NCBI GenBank assembly: GCA_030390025.1
Contig: CM059431.1
Span: 103,046,001-103,110,000 of the forward strand
Reading direction: 5' to 3'
From: Squalus acanthias
Taxonomy: Eukaryota
Length of the DNA stretch: 64,000 nt
Of the stretch, positions 1 through 13,099 are shown in pieces (position 1 is the stretch's first letter; each line of letters starts with the position of its first letter). The notes under the pieces are model-generated. The model did not search any database and was not told where the DNA came from. It worked only from the letters and a program-made list of their open reading frames with translations. The translations under genes were made by a program, and so were the position numbers.

Positions 1-20
1 GCTTGAACTGTATAAAACAC

Positions 21-599
21 ACTGTATGGACCTTGTACAGCAGGCACCTCAAAGCACTGGAGAGGTAACACCAACGTTGCCTCCGCAAGATAGGCGCGCC
101 AATGTCAATGTTCTCGCTCAGGCCAACATCCCCAGCATCAAAGTTTTGATCAGCTCTGATGGACCGGCCACATCGTCCGCATGCCTGATACGAGACTCCC
201 AAAACAAGCGCTCTACTCTGAGCTGCGACACGGCAAGAGAGCCCCAGGTGGGCAGAGGAAATGCTTCAAGGACACCCTCAAAGCCTCCTTGAAAAAGTGC
301 AACATCCCCACCAACACCCGGGAATCCCTGGCCCAAGACCGCACAAAGTGGAGGAGAAGCATCCGGGAAGGCGCCGAACACCTCGAGTCTCTTCGCTGGG
401 AGCAAGCGGAAGCCAAGCGCAAACAGCAGAAGGAGCGCACGTCAACCCAAGCACCCCACCCACCCGACCCTTCAACCACCGTCTGCCCCACCCGTGACAG
501 AGACTGTAGGTCCCGCATTGGACTCATCAGTCACCTGAGAACTCATTTTTAGTGTGGAAGCAAGTCATCCTCAGTTCCGAGGGACTGCCTAAGAAGAAG
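21..599 (+). mobile_element. RTE-clade LINE, 5'-truncated 3' end, inserted into a CR1
   Basis: ORF 181-552 (MPDTRLPKQALYSEL..GKRAPGGQRKCFKDTLK; C-terminal SRIGLISHLRTH) is typical of the RTE ORF C-terminus. (AAG)n tail. TSD TATAAAACAC at 11-20 and 600-609. Confidence 0.85.
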
Positions 600-1170
600 T
601 ATAAAACACTAGTTAGGCCACAGCTAGAGAATTGAATACAGTTCTGGTCACCACATGACAGGAAGGATGTGATTGCCCTAGAGAGGATACAGAGGAGATT
701 TACGAGGGTGTTGCCTGGGCTGGAGAATTTTAGCTATGAGGAAAGATTGGATAGGCTGGGGTTGTTTTCTTTGAAACAGAGGAGGCTGAGGAGAGACTTG
801 ATTGAGGTGTATAAAATTATGAGGGGCCTAGATAGAGTGGATAGGAAGGACCTATTTCCCTTAGCAGAGAGGTCAATAACCAGGGGGCATAGATTTAAAG
901 TAATTGGTCGAAGGATTAGAGGGGAGTTGTGGAGAACTTTTTTCACCCAGAGGGTGGTGGGGATCTGGAACTCACTGCCTGAAAGGGTGATAGAGGCAGA
1001 AACCCTCATCACATTTAAAAAGTGCTTGGATGTGCACTTGAAGTACCGTAACCTACAGGGCTACGGACCAAGAGCTGGAATGTGGGATTAGGCTGGATAG
1101 CTCTTTCTCGGCCGGCACAGACACGATGGGCCAAATGGCCTCCTTCTGTGCCGTAAACTTCTATGATTCT
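600..1170 (+). mobile_element. CR1 LINE 3' fragment
   Basis: ORF 669-1091 (LERIQRRFTR..RGHRFK..FFTQRVVGIWNSLP) followed by the CR1 3'UTR and an attctatg-type tail. Confidence 0.9.
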
Positions 1171-1395
1171 TTAATCATTGTGTTGTGTTATCTGGGTTTT
1201 ATCTGTGTCCTAGTCTTTCTGTGTAATGATATTGGGAGAGGGCGATCCTGATTCATTTGTAATGGGCTACACTTGGTCACTGTTTTGATATCAATTACTT
1301 TGAATTATGAAATAACATTGACGTTGGTCCAGATTGACAGACACTGAATTATTTTTGATTTATTAATATTTAAATTCAAATACAACAACTTCTTA

Positions 1396-2220
1396 GAGCT
1401 GGATTTTGGCAGCCGACACGAGTTGGGGGTGGGTCTGCTGCCTTCCGGGTTCTAGTCCCGCTCCCCAGCGACATCTGACGAATGCACGCTATTTTCCCTT
1501 GATTGGTCTTACCGGCCAATTAAGGGAAAGCTGGTGACAGATGATGTCAGCGTATGACGCTTCATCTGTCGAAAAAATTTTGACAGATGAATTATCAGCG
1601 TTTGACAGCTTTGAGAAGCTATCAAACACTGACAACCTCTGTTCTAAGGTGAGCCCTTGCACAAAGGCTCACCAAGACCTCTCTCCTCAGCAGAAAGCAG
1701 ATGGCTGCTGCATCTGAGAATGCAGCAGCCATTCTGTCATCTCTGCCGTTGAGATGAGGCACCTCCGGTTCCCCAAGGGTTGAAGCCTACAGAAAGAAGC
1801 AAAGGTAAGGAAACTTTTTCCAACTCTTTACACTCACCTCTCATACTTTCCTGTCCACACTTACACCCATCACTCACCTCTACAGCTGACATTTCGACCC
1901 CTCTCACCCCCGCAGACCCACTGCTCGCCTCGCTGACCCTGGCGAGGGTCGCAGCCGTCGGGAAGCCCGCAATTGCAGGCGTAAAATGGGGAAAAGCCTC
2001 AAAACTGCCTGTTAACTACCTGTTAACAGGCAGTTAATTGGCTGTAATCCACTTCCCGCCTCGAGGAGACGGGTCCCTGCGCGACTCAGGGACCCGCCTC
2101 CCGGGAAGATGGCACGGAGGCGGGTTGGGAGCGGGGTTGGTACCCACTCCCAGTTTCTGCCATTTTCCCGGCAGTCTCGCCTCCATACCCGCCTCCTCAG
2201 GGCTGGGGAAATCCCCCCCC
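1396..2220. mobile_element. Harbinger-type MITE (~825 bp, GGGCTGGATTTT TIR family)
   Basis: Left end GAGCTGGATTTT, degenerate right end GAAATCCCCCCCC. 3-bp TSD TTA at 1393-1395 and 2221-2223. Internally similar to 61490-62313 in the opposite orientation. Confidence 0.75.
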
Positions 2221-2257
2221 TTAGTGGCTATGGAACATGCTGATGCAAAATGACAAA

Positions 2258-3103
2258 GGGCTGGATTTTCCAAGCCCCGAGGAGGCGGGCATGGAGGCGG
2301 GACAGCCGGTAAACTCGGAGAAAGTGGGGGCGGATGGCAAACCCGCCCCCATCCCACCTCCGTGCCCTTTTGCCAGGAGGCGGGAAGATGTGCAACTTCG
2401 GGTCCCGTCTCCTGGAGGCGGGAAAGGCACTTAATCCTTTTAACTGCCTGTTAACAGGTAGTTAACAGGCAGAAAAAAGGATTAGTGCCATTTTACCTTC
2501 ACAGGTGAAAGCTTCCCGACCTCGGAGAACCCCGTCGGGTTGGAGGAGACGTGGAGGAGGTCTGCGGCGGTCGGAGGCACCTGGAAGTAAGATGTAGAGG
2601 TGAGTGATGGGTGCAAGTGTGGAGTGGTAAGTATGTAAGGTGAGTGATAAGTTTTAAAAAATGTTCACTTACCTTGTTTTCTTCCTACAGCCTTTAGCCA
2701 CGGTGGATCGGGAGAGCCAACATCCTCCTTGTCAATTTCACAGACTGGCTGTTGGAACCTCCGTTCCAATAGTCATGTGAAATTTACAAATTTGAAATGT
2801 TTGATGAGTCCTGAACACAAGGAGCCATCAAACTAAAGAGAATGTCAATGTTTGACAGCTTCATAGAGCTGTCAAACGCTGACATTTCTTCTTTCAAGAA
2901 GTCTTGACAGATAGCACATCTGACGTTGACGTGCTCTGTCAGTGACTTCCTCCCTAATTGGCCTGCTGAGCCCGCAGGGCGGGCTTAACAAGCTCAATCA
3001 GGGGAAAATCCTTCTGAATGGTCAGGCGAGGATGGAGGCGGGACATTGACACGACAAGCAGCAGTCCCGCCTCCAACTTGCCTCCATTCACAAAATCCAG
3101 CCC
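2258..3103. mobile_element. Harbinger-type MITE (~845 bp)
   Basis: Perfect TIRs GGGCTGGATTTT...AAAATCCAGCCC. Flanks AAA/AGA (imperfect 3-bp TSD). Closely similar to 56110-56905. Confidence 0.8.
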
Positions 3104-3114
3104 AGAGGGTTTAT

Positions 3115-3360
3115 AGCATCATACTATACAGAAGGAGGCCATTCAGCCCATCGTGCCTGTGCCGGCTCTTTGGAAGAGCTGTTCAATTATTCCCACTCCC
3201 CCTGCTCTTTCCCCGTAGCCCTTCTAATTTTTCCATTTCCAATATTTATCCAATTCCCTTTTAAAAGTTATTATTGAATCTGCTTCCACCGCCCTTCCAC
3301 TGACCCTCCTGCCAGTGGGAACAGTTTCTCCTTATTTACTCCATCAAAACCTTTTCATAA
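3115..3360 (-). mobile_element. CR1 LINE 3' fragment
   Basis: Reverse complement of the CR1 3' end (agaaggaggccattcagccc...tatttatccaattcccttt). Confidence 0.75.
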
Positions 3361-3812
3361 TAGGATAGACATGGAGATGTTTCCACTTGTGGGGGAGACC
3401 TTATGATTTTTTATTTATTACAAACTCCATTTTTTGGTCCCTTGTTCCCATACTAATTATTTTACACTTACTTGCATTGAACTGTACCTGTCACCTCACT
3501 TAGAAAGATCACAGGGATTGCTGCATCGAAATGTCTGGCAAATACAGTAGACCAGGGGCGGGGGTGGGGGAGAGGGTATTCCCTTCTGAGGTTGGGGGTT
3601 AAAGCATGTTGTTGGGGCAGCGTTGTGAGATAACCTCGATAACTGTTGATGGTTGAAGCTAGATAGAGTGGAGCCAATCAGGATCTGTACAATACCTCGT
3701 TAACTGTTAGATGGCCTTCGATGGACTTAACTTTGTCAGCTGTTATCAACTTATCAATTGTACGCTTTGACAATTGATTAGAGGGAAGTCACATCTAATT
3801 CCAGGACACATA

Positions 3813-4855
3813 GAAATAACAACAGAAAGTGCTGGAAACACTCAGCAGGTCAGGCAGCATCGAAGAGAGGAGAAACAGAGTCAACATTTCGGGTCGAACC
3901 CTTCGTCAGAACTGGAAAAGGCTAGAGAGGAGAGATTTTTAAGCAGGGGCAGGGAGGAGGGGAGGAAATAGCAAAGGGAAGGTCTGTGATGGGATGGAAG
4001 GCAGGAGAGATTGACTGACAAAAGGGATGATAGTGCAAGGCAAAAGGTAATGGGACAAGTTAAGAAACAAAAGATGGCTCTAGATGATGTGTACCTCCTC
4101 CCTTCCCACCGTCCAGGACCCCAAACACTCCTTCCAGGTGAAAGAACGATTTACTTGTACTTCTTGCAATTTAGTATACTGTATTCGCTGCTCACGATGC
4201 GGTCTCCTCTACACTGGGGAGACCAAACGCAGATTGGGTGACCACTTTGCGGAACATCTCTGTTCATTCCGCAAGCGTGACCCCGAGCTTCCGGTCGCCT
4301 GTCACTTAATTCACCATTCCACTCACACTCTGATCTCTCCATCCTCGGCCTCTTACATTGTTCCAATGAAGCTCAACGTAAGCTCGAGGTACAGCACTTC
4401 ATCTTTCTATTAGGCACTTTACAGCCTTCTGGACTTAACATCGAGTTTAACAATTTCAGACTATAAATTGGCCCCTGTAGTTCTTTCTTTTTTCTTCTCT
4501 TGTTTCCTCACATGGTAGCTGTTAATGTTGCTGCCATCATCATTCACACATCATCTAGAGCCACCTTTTGTTTCTTAACTTGTCCCATTACCTCTCCTTT
4601 TGCCTCGCACCATCATCCCTTTTGTCATTCAATCTCTTCCATCCCATCACAGACCTTCCCTTTGTTCTTTCCTCCCCTCCTCCCTGCCCTGCTTAAAAAT
4701 CTCTCTTCCCTAACCTTTTCCAGTTCTGACGAAGGGTCCCCGACTCAAAACGTTGACTTTGTTTCTCTCTCCTCGATGCTGCCTGACCTGCTGAGTGTTT
4801 CCAGCACTTTCTGCTGTTATTTCAGATTTCCAGTATCCGCAGTATTTTGCTGTTA
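3813..4855 (+). mobile_element. Penelope-like element, 5'-truncated, with GIY-YIG remnant and inverted terminal copy
   Basis: 4093-4400 encodes FTCTSCNLVYCIRCSRCGLLYTGETKRRLGDHFAEH (PLE GIY-YIG endonuclease motif). 3813-4092 is an inverted copy of ~4546-4823. Hammerhead-like cores lie in both arms. Confidence 0.88.
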
Positions 4856-5714
4856 TATTATTCCAGCACACAGTAGTCTGTGTAAGAGAATGGTTGGTTG
4901 AAACTTGACAGGGTGGAGTTTTAGCTGATGCGAGAATATTCATGCCGCACAGAACTGTAAGGAAAAGGGTAGAAGTGTAAGATCACAACCAGAACGAAAC
5001 ACAGCAGATTTTTGAACAGGACCTTCCACGGTGCATGGAAGCTCAGGTAATACCAATCTTGAATCTGTTAATTGTTGCTTGATTACTGTGTGCATGATTG
5101 ATTCTGCTAATGTTACAATAAAGCCTTGTTATACCCAATTGGGATTGCCAAGCCGAATCATTGACGGGGTAAGCGAGGGTTGAGCATCCCTGACACGAGG
5201 GAACCCAACAGCAGCAGGGAAGAAACTTTCCATCTGTCCACAGCACCTGACTCAAGTGTACTTGACGCTAACACTGGGTGAAAAAAAAAGCACAGTGTAG
5301 AGTTTCCTCTTCATGCACTTGGATGTAAAGGGATCACCTGGACACAGAGGAGAGTCGAGGCAGGGGGGAGTGCATGTTTGTCACGGAGCCTGTTTGATTC
5401 TCCTCAAGGCTCGAGCACAATGAAGAGTAAAATGCGTCCCTATATTTCAATCACCAACTCTTAACATCTACCATCCAAATAAAAAAATGCTCAGACACCG
5501 TGGTCCTGGAGTTACGCTGGCGGACAACGGTTTCCTGCGGTCCTGCCGACCGACCTCCTTGGGCGCGATTCGTGCAGGATCCCAATTTCTCGGCCAATAT
5601 TCATAATTAGAAAATTTCAGGATTAACCAGCAAATGGAACACTTCCTGCGCAACGTACGATGAGTTGGTGGGTATCAGTAGCTGTCGCCCTCCCACGTGG
5701 AACTGGAGCTCCAG

Positions 5715-6112
5715 AAAGGGGAAGGCTGAGGGATGACCTAATAGAGGTCTTTAAAATGATGAAAAGGTTCGATAAGATAAACGTAGAGAAGATGTTTCCA
5801 CTTGGGAGGGAGTCCAAAACTAGGGGCCATCGATATAAGACAGTCACTAATAAATCCAATAGGGAACTCAGGAGAAACTTCTTTACCCAGAGAGTGGTGA
5901 GAATGTGGAGCTCGCTACCACAGGGAGTGGTTGAAGCGAATAGCACAGATACATTTAAGGGGAAGCTCGATAAACACATGAGGGTGAAAGGAATAGATGG
6001 TTATGCTGATACGGCGAGATGAAGAGGGGTGGGAGGAGGCTCGTGTGGAGCTCGTGTGTGGCACAGACCAGTTGGGCCGAATGGCCTGTTTCTGTGCTGT
6101 GAATTCTATGTA
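5715..6112 (+). mobile_element. CR1 LINE 3' fragment
   Basis: RLRDDLIEVFK..RGHRYK..FFTQRVVRMW plus 3'UTR. Confidence 0.85.
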
Positions 6113-6264
6113 CCAGATGCTGTATGTCACCACAGAGGGAAGGTGAAATACTCCTACGCCAAACAAGAAAGGCAGTTGCATGCTCTGCCCCAGAGCTGGA
6201 GAATACGGACATTGATATTCCCGAGCTTTATTGGGATTATTTTCATTTTTGGAATTCATGTATG

Positions 6265-6622
6265 AAAGAAAGACTTGCATTTATTTCTACAGCGCCTTTC
6301 ACGACCACCGGACGTCTCAAAGCGCTTTACAGTTAATGAAGTACTTTTGAAGTGGAGTCACTGTTGTACTGTGGGAAACGCGGCAGCCAAATTACGCACA
6401 GCAAGCTCCCACAAACAGCAATGTGATAATGACCAGATAATCTGTTTTTGTTATGTTGATTGAGGGATAAATATTGGCCCCAGGACACCGGGGAGAACTC
6501 CCCTGCTCTTCTTCGAAATAGTGCCATGGGATCTTTTATGTCGACCTGAGAAAGTAGACAGGGCCTCGGTTTAACGTCTCATCCGAAAGACGGCACCTCT
6601 GACAGTGCAGCACTCCCTCAGT
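6265..6622 (-). mobile_element. Deu-domain SINE (SacSINE1-like), lacking head
   Basis: Contains the rc of gtgccgtctttcggatgagacgttaaaccgaggcc and the L2-like tail aaatgcaagtctttct. Confidence 0.75.
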
Positions 6623-7349
6623 ATGGGGGAGGAAATGGTCAGGTTTAGTTGGGTTCGACCCAAAAATCTGGAGGCTTTTTTAAAATTCAGTAATGTCCTG
6701 AATGCCTCCTTTCAGCCAGAAGTGGGGCCCCTTAACCGGAAGGGAGTTTGTAAGTTATATACTTTCATTTGTGGCTTTGAGTTATAGCGGTTCTGGTAGG
6801 CGGCTGGCAGTCTAAAGCAGAACTGTTTTTAGACGCAGCTATGTCTGCAGATGAATAGCTATTTTCAGACAAGGGTTGTGATTACGTGCTTCCCATGAAG
6901 GTGATCTGTCCTCAACGAGACGCAACATCAATTACTGAGCTCAATAATCGTCTCGGACCCAAACCAATGGCTTGATACAGCTCCTTAAAAACATAAAATA
7001 GATTATCTCTTTCAAATACTGTACAACCATTGTTGGTGTCATAAAGAACAACACAGTAACGTCACCAATAGCTCACTGATGGAGTGAAACTGATTGTTCA
7101 CCTTGTCTATTCATCTTGGACTGCTATTACTGCGAGATATTTTACTTTTTTATCTTGTGTACATTCTGTTCACACGTACAGATTATATACAATACTTTAA
7201 CAGCTGGTTCTTTTATTGGTGATTTTTTTGGGGGGTGGTATTATTTTTCTTATTACTTATAAGTATCAATTTGGTTCATTGGTAGCACTCTTGCCTTTAG
7301 GTCAAAAGATCATGAATTTATTCCCCACACTAGGATTCCAGCACAAATT

Positions 7350-8596
7350 TATTAGAGTTTTTTGAGGATGTAACTAGCAGGGTAGATAAAGGGGAACCAG
7401 TGGATGTAGTATATTTGGATTTCCAAAAGGCATTCGATAAGGTGCCACATAAAATATTATTACACAAGATTAGGGCTCATGGAGTTGGGGGTAATATAAT
7501 AGCATGGATAGAGGATTGGTTAACGGACAGAAAACAGAGAGTAGGGATAAACGGATCTTTTTCAGGTTGGCAGGCTGTAACTAGTGGGGTGCCGCAAGGA
7601 TCAGTGTTGGGTCCTCAGCTATTTACAATCTATATTAATGACCTAGATGAAGGGACCGAGTGTAATGTATCCAAGTTTGCTGATGATACAAAGCTAGGTG
7701 GGACAGTAAGCTGTGAGGAGAACACAAAGAGTCTGCAAAGGGATATAGATAGACTAAGTGAGTGGGCAATAAGGTGGCAGATGGAGTATAATGTAGGGAA
7801 ATGTGAGGTTATCCACTTTGGTAGGAAGAATAGAAAAACAGAATATTTTTTAAATGGTGAGAAACTTTCAAATGTTGGTGTTTAGAAAATTTGGGTGTCC
7901 TCGTGCAAGAAACACAGAAAGTTAGCATGCAGGTACAGCAAGCAACAAGGAAGGCAAATGGCATGTTGACCTTTATTGCAAGGGGGTTGGAGTATAAGAG
8001 TAAGGAAGTCTTGCTACAATTGTACAGGGCCTTGGTGAGGCCACACCTGGAGTACTGTGCACAGTTTTGGTCTCCTTATCTAAGGAAGGATATACTTGCC
8101 TTGGAGGCAGTGCAACGAAGGTTCACTAGATTGATTCCTGTGATGAGAGGGCTGTCCTATGATGAGAGATTGTGTAGAATGGGCCTATACTCTTTGGAGT
8201 TTAGAAGAATGAAACATACAAGATTCTGAAGGGGATTGACAGGGTAGATGCTGAGAGGTTGTTTCTCCTGGCTGGAGTGTCTAGAGCTAGGGGGCATAGT
8301 CTCATGATAAGGGGTCGGCCATTTAAAACTGAGATGAGAAAGAATTTCTTCACTCAGAGGGTTGTGAATCTTTGGAATTCTCTGCCCCAGAGGGCTGTGA
8401 ATGCTGAGTCTTTGAGTATATTCAAGGCTGAGATCGATAGATTTTTGGACTCTAGGGGAATCAAGGGATATGGAGATCGGGCGGGAAAGTGGAGTTGAGG
8501 TCGAAGATCAGCCATGATCTTATTGAATGGCGGAGCAGGCTTGAGGGGCCGTATGGCCGACTCCTGCTCTTACTTCTTATGTTCTTATGTTCTTAT
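7350..8596 (+). mobile_element. CR1 LINE ORF2 RT region to 3' end (degraded)
   Basis: ORFs 7400-7885, 7891-8229 and 8259-8498: YLDFQKAFDKVPH, GVPQGSVLGP, KFADDTKL. Stops and frameshifts present. (ttcttatg)n tail. Confidence 0.93.
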
Positions 8597-9609
8597 AATT
8601 TAGGCTGGTGCTTCATTGCAGTACTGAGGGAGTGCAGCAGTGTCTGAGGTGTTGTCATTTGGGACACCTTGGGACTTTTTACTACGTTAAAGGCACTATA
8701 TAAATCCAAGTTGTTGTTGTTGTTGTTGGATGAGACGTTGAATGATGGCCTGTCCACCTGCTCAAGTTGGTGTCAAAGATTCCCGTTAGGAGTCTTAGCC
8801 CTTCTCTCAGGTCGAGAGGGGCTAGTCACTCCTGCAAGCAGTCTGATGTCTCTCATGTTTAGGGGGATGCGCCCACGCTAACTGTACGATAGCAAAATCC
8901 GGGCTGTATCAATAGTATGTCCATGTGATCTGAACTGGACAGTCATGTCTTTTACAGTTGCTCCCAACGTGTACCTCTTCAATCCTTTGGAAGTTGAAAA
9001 CCCTAAAGATGAGGAATCGTTAAGCTGCTTTATTTCACAGCACCTGAACATATAAGGCAACAGATATGATCAAACTCAATCAGTACAACTTGTCTTTACA
9101 TAGTATTATAAAATAGCGAATGTGCGACACTTCCCTACATCAGTGGGTTGTTTTGCTTGACAGCCGAGCGTCAGCCTAGACTTTTGTGCTCAAGTTTCTG
9201 GAGCGGGGCTTGAACTCATGACCTTCTGACTCAGAGGCGAGAGAGTGCTACCCACTGAGTCACGGCAGACACCTGCCAGAGGTGTTTTAACCAGGTGAAA
9301 CTCTCATTCTTGAAATTAATTAGTTATGTGTTGATAACAAATGATTGTGGCCGGAAAGTTCCTCGGAGCTGCTCTTGACTGGCCGCCAAAACTTAACCGG
9401 AAGCGCGGCAGAAACCCCTTCTACTTGCACACACAGGGTTGCTGTTGCAGTTCTGCTGCAGCTCCGAGGAAATCTCTATCGTATCTCTTAGGCTTTTCAA
9501 GCATATTTGTCAATTGAAAAAAATAAAAGGTTCCAACACGTTGCCACATGATATCAAGTATCATTCCTCCAGATAAGATTCGTCATTTTAGGACTTTTGA
9601 GAGTTTTGC

Positions 9610-9943
9610 TTCCAGCTCCTCCAACCCCACAACCCTCTGAGATCTCTGCGCTCCTTCAATTCTGTCCTCCTGCGCATCCCCGATTTTCATCGCTCCACCA
9701 TTGACGGCCGTGCCTTTAGCTGCCTGGACCCTGAGCTCTGGAATGCCCCGCCTAATCCTCCCCGCCTCGCTACCTCTCTTTCCTCTTTTTAAGACGCTCC
9801 TTAAAACCTACCTCTTTGACCAAGCTTTTGGCCAGCTGTCCTAGGTGACTCGGTGTCAAATTTTGTTTGGTAACGCTCCTGTGAAATACCTTGGGACGTT
9901 TTGCTACGTTAAAGGCGCTGTATAAATGCAAGTTGTTGTTGTT
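9610..9943 (+). mobile_element. L2 LINE 3' end
   Basis: ggccgtgcctttagctgcctggaccctgagctctggaat...aaaacctacctctttgaccaagc...aaatgcaagttgttgttg, shared with other L2 tails in the window. Confidence 0.75.
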
Positions 9944-9984
9944 GCAAAAGAACAGGATTACAACACCTTCCTAAGCCTCATGGA

Positions 9985-11510
9985 GAAAGAAAGAAAGACT
10001 TTCACGACCACCGGACGTCTCAAAGCGCTTTGCAGCCAATGAAGTACTTTTTTCAAGTGGAGTCATTGTTGTAATGTGGGAAACGCAGCAGCCAATTTGT
10101 GCACAGCAAGCTCCCACAAGCAGCAATGTGATAATGACCGGATCATCTGTTTTTTTTTGTTATGTTGGTTGAGTGATAAATATTGGCTAGGACACCGGGG
10201 ATAACTCCCCTGCTCTTCTTCGAAATAGTGCCGTGGGATCTTTTACGTCCACCTGAGAGAGCAGACGAGGGCCTCGGTTTAACGTAGGAATTAATGGGTC
10301 TTTTTCCGAGTGGCAAGCAGTGACTAGTGGGGTACCGCAGGGATCGGTCCTTGGACCCCAGCTATTCACAATATACATTAATGATCTAGATAAGGGAATT
10401 AAATGTAATATCTCCAAGTTTGCAGATGACACAAAGCTGGGTGGGAGGGTGTGCAGCGAGGAGAATAGCGAGAAACTCCAGGATGATCTGGACAGGTTGG
10501 GTGAGTGGGCAGAAGCGTGGCAAATGCAATATAATGTGGATAAGTGCGAGGTTATTCACTTTGGTGTCAAAAACAGAAAGGCAGACTATTATCTGAATGG
10601 CAATAGATTGGGAGAAGGGGAAGTGCAACGAGACCTGGGTGTCTTTGTGCACCAGTCGCTGAAAGTAAGCATGCAGGTGCAGCAGGCGGTGAAGAAGGCA
10701 AATGGTATGTTGGCCTTCATAGCGAAAGGGTTTGAGTATAGGAACAGGGATGTCCTGCTGCAGTTGTACAGGGCCTTGGTGAGACCACACCTTGAGTACT
10801 GTGTGCAGTTTTGGTCGCCTTATCTGAGGAAGGATGTTCTTGCCATGGAAGGAGTTCAGCGAAGATTCACAAGGCTGATACCTGGGATGGCAGGAATGAC
10901 ATATGAGGAGAGATTGGGTCGATTGGGCTTATACTCACTGGAGTATAGAAGAATGAGAGGGGATCTCATCGAAACATATAAAATTCTGACAGGTCTGGAC
11001 AAACTAGATGCAGGAAGAATGTTCCCGATGGTCGGAGAGTCCAGAACCAGGGGTCATAATCTACGGATAACGGGTAAACCATTTAGGACAGAAATGAGGA
11101 AGAATTTCTTCACCCAGAGAGTGGTGAACCTGTGGAATTCTCTACCACAGAAGGTAGTTGAGGCGAAGTCATTAAATATATTCAAGGATGAGTTAGATAT
11201 ATTTCTTAAAGCTAAAGGTATCAAGGGATATGGGGAGAAGGCAGGTACAGGGTACTGAGTTTAGATGATCAGCCATGATCTCATCGAATGGCGGAGCAGG
11301 CTCGAGGGGCCGAATGGCCTACTCCTGCTCCTATCTTCTATGTTTCTATCCGAAAGACGGCACCTCTGACAGTGCGGCGCTCCCTCAGCACTGCACTGGG
11401 AGCGTCAGCCTAGATTTATGTGTTCAATTCCCTGGAGTGGGACTTGAACCCACTGACCTTCTGACTCAGAGGCGAGAGAGTGTGCTACCCACTGAGCCAC
11501 AGCTGACACT
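9985..11510 (-). mobile_element. tRNA/Deu SINE split by a CR1 insertion
   Basis: SINE body 9985-10285 breaks at ...ggtttaacgt and resumes at atccgaaagacggcacc (~11348), continuing to the tRNA-like head (~11510). Confidence 0.8.
10284..11348 (+). mobile_element. CR1 LINE 3' ~1.06 kb with uninterrupted ORF2 C-terminal 312 aa
   Basis: ORF 10320-11258: SGVPQGSVLGP, KFADDTKL, RPHLEYCVQFWSP through to the natural stop, then the 3'UTR. Confidence 0.93.
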
Positions 11511-13099
11511 GTCCAGTAAGAGATGTATGAGATTGTCTGAGGTGATTGTCTCACCCTCTTTCCCTCATGCCCTGTAGGGTAGGGTACAGCCTTCATCCAC
11601 CCTTTCATTCATGACACAGCTAAAACTGCGAGCTTTGTGTGTTGGAACCATGGGCATAAACTTACTTCTTCGTATTTGAGGCAGAGCATGTTACTGTACT
11701 TTTTATACACAGCAGGTATTTACACAAGGAAAGCAAATGTTGCTAATTACACTCTTTAAATATACTGTAACCAGGTAAAAATGTAAAATCAAAAGATGCC
11801 AAATAAGGAATATATCACATTATGCATAGGACTCATGGGAATGAATTAATGCAAGAAATTCTATTCCATGTCTTTATCTCTATATATTTATATTCTTCAT
11901 AAATAGTAAATTGTTCCAATGTAAGATAAGTTACTAAGATATCTTTTGTATTAACAAGCAACTTGCATTTATATAGCGCCTTTAATGTAGTAAAACGTCC
12001 CAAGGAGCGATTATCAGACACCGAGCCACATAAGGAGATGTTAGGACAGGTGACCAAAAGTTTGGTCAAAAAGTTAATGTAAAAAAAATATAAAACCTAC
12101 CTCTTTGACCAAGCTTTTGGTCATCTGTCCGACTATCTCCTTCTGTGGCTCGCTGTCAAACTTGTCTGGATGAAAAAAAGTTGGTTAAGTGCTTGTGAAC
12201 TTCTTATTAATGGTTGGAATGTCCTTACTGAGGCCATGCACAGAGAAACACATGTAGCGTTCCCCAGGACAGAATTAAAACAAATTGGGGAATACTGGGG
12301 ATGATTTTCATGTTGCTACTGCCCATTTGCATCTCAAACGGGTGGTAGCAAGACCGAATTCAAGCAGAGTGTAGTTGTGTTGACTTACCGATGTAATGCT
12401 GCCCAGCCTGACTTTTAGGCGGACTTACGGCCCGGAAAATGGAGCTTCTGCCAAAACCAGGCGGGCGGCTTATACAGATACGCAAGTCGAGTTTCTCCAC
12501 CTGCCCACCAACCGTGGGTGGTTTAAGTTGGGGGCTGGTCATTTGCAGCGATAATGGGATCCTCAGCAGCAGTAGGTTAGGTAGACACGCTGCTTATTGC
12601 CCCCAGAGTTCTGCTTCTTTTCATTCCCAATGTTAATGCCCGTCCTCTTTAAGGTGCTGCTGCAGGTCTTCCGTGGGATGGTTTGCGCCCACCTGAAAGG
12701 ACAGATGGGGGCCTTGGCTTAAAGCCCCATCCGAAAGACGGCACCTCCGACAGTGCAGCACTCCCTCAGTACTGGGAGAGGTGGTTGAAAATGTGGGTGC
12801 ACCACGCACGATTTCCCACCTAATAGCCAACAAATCAGACGCCCCACAGGCCCAAATTTCCAATACACGTTCGGGACTGGTAAGGATTCTCAACAGGAGC
12901 GCGAAGCTGTAAAATGATCCTTGACATCTCATCAAACAGTATGTTATTGGGATAAATTGCTGAAAGCATCCCATAGCTATAAATGATTAGACTGGACAAG
13001 TAGATGTATGTAGTATTTCAGTGCTTCCTCTGCGCGAGTATAAGTGAGACTGACCTGTGTGTGACTTAAGAGATGTGTAGCATTTCAAACAAAACAATT

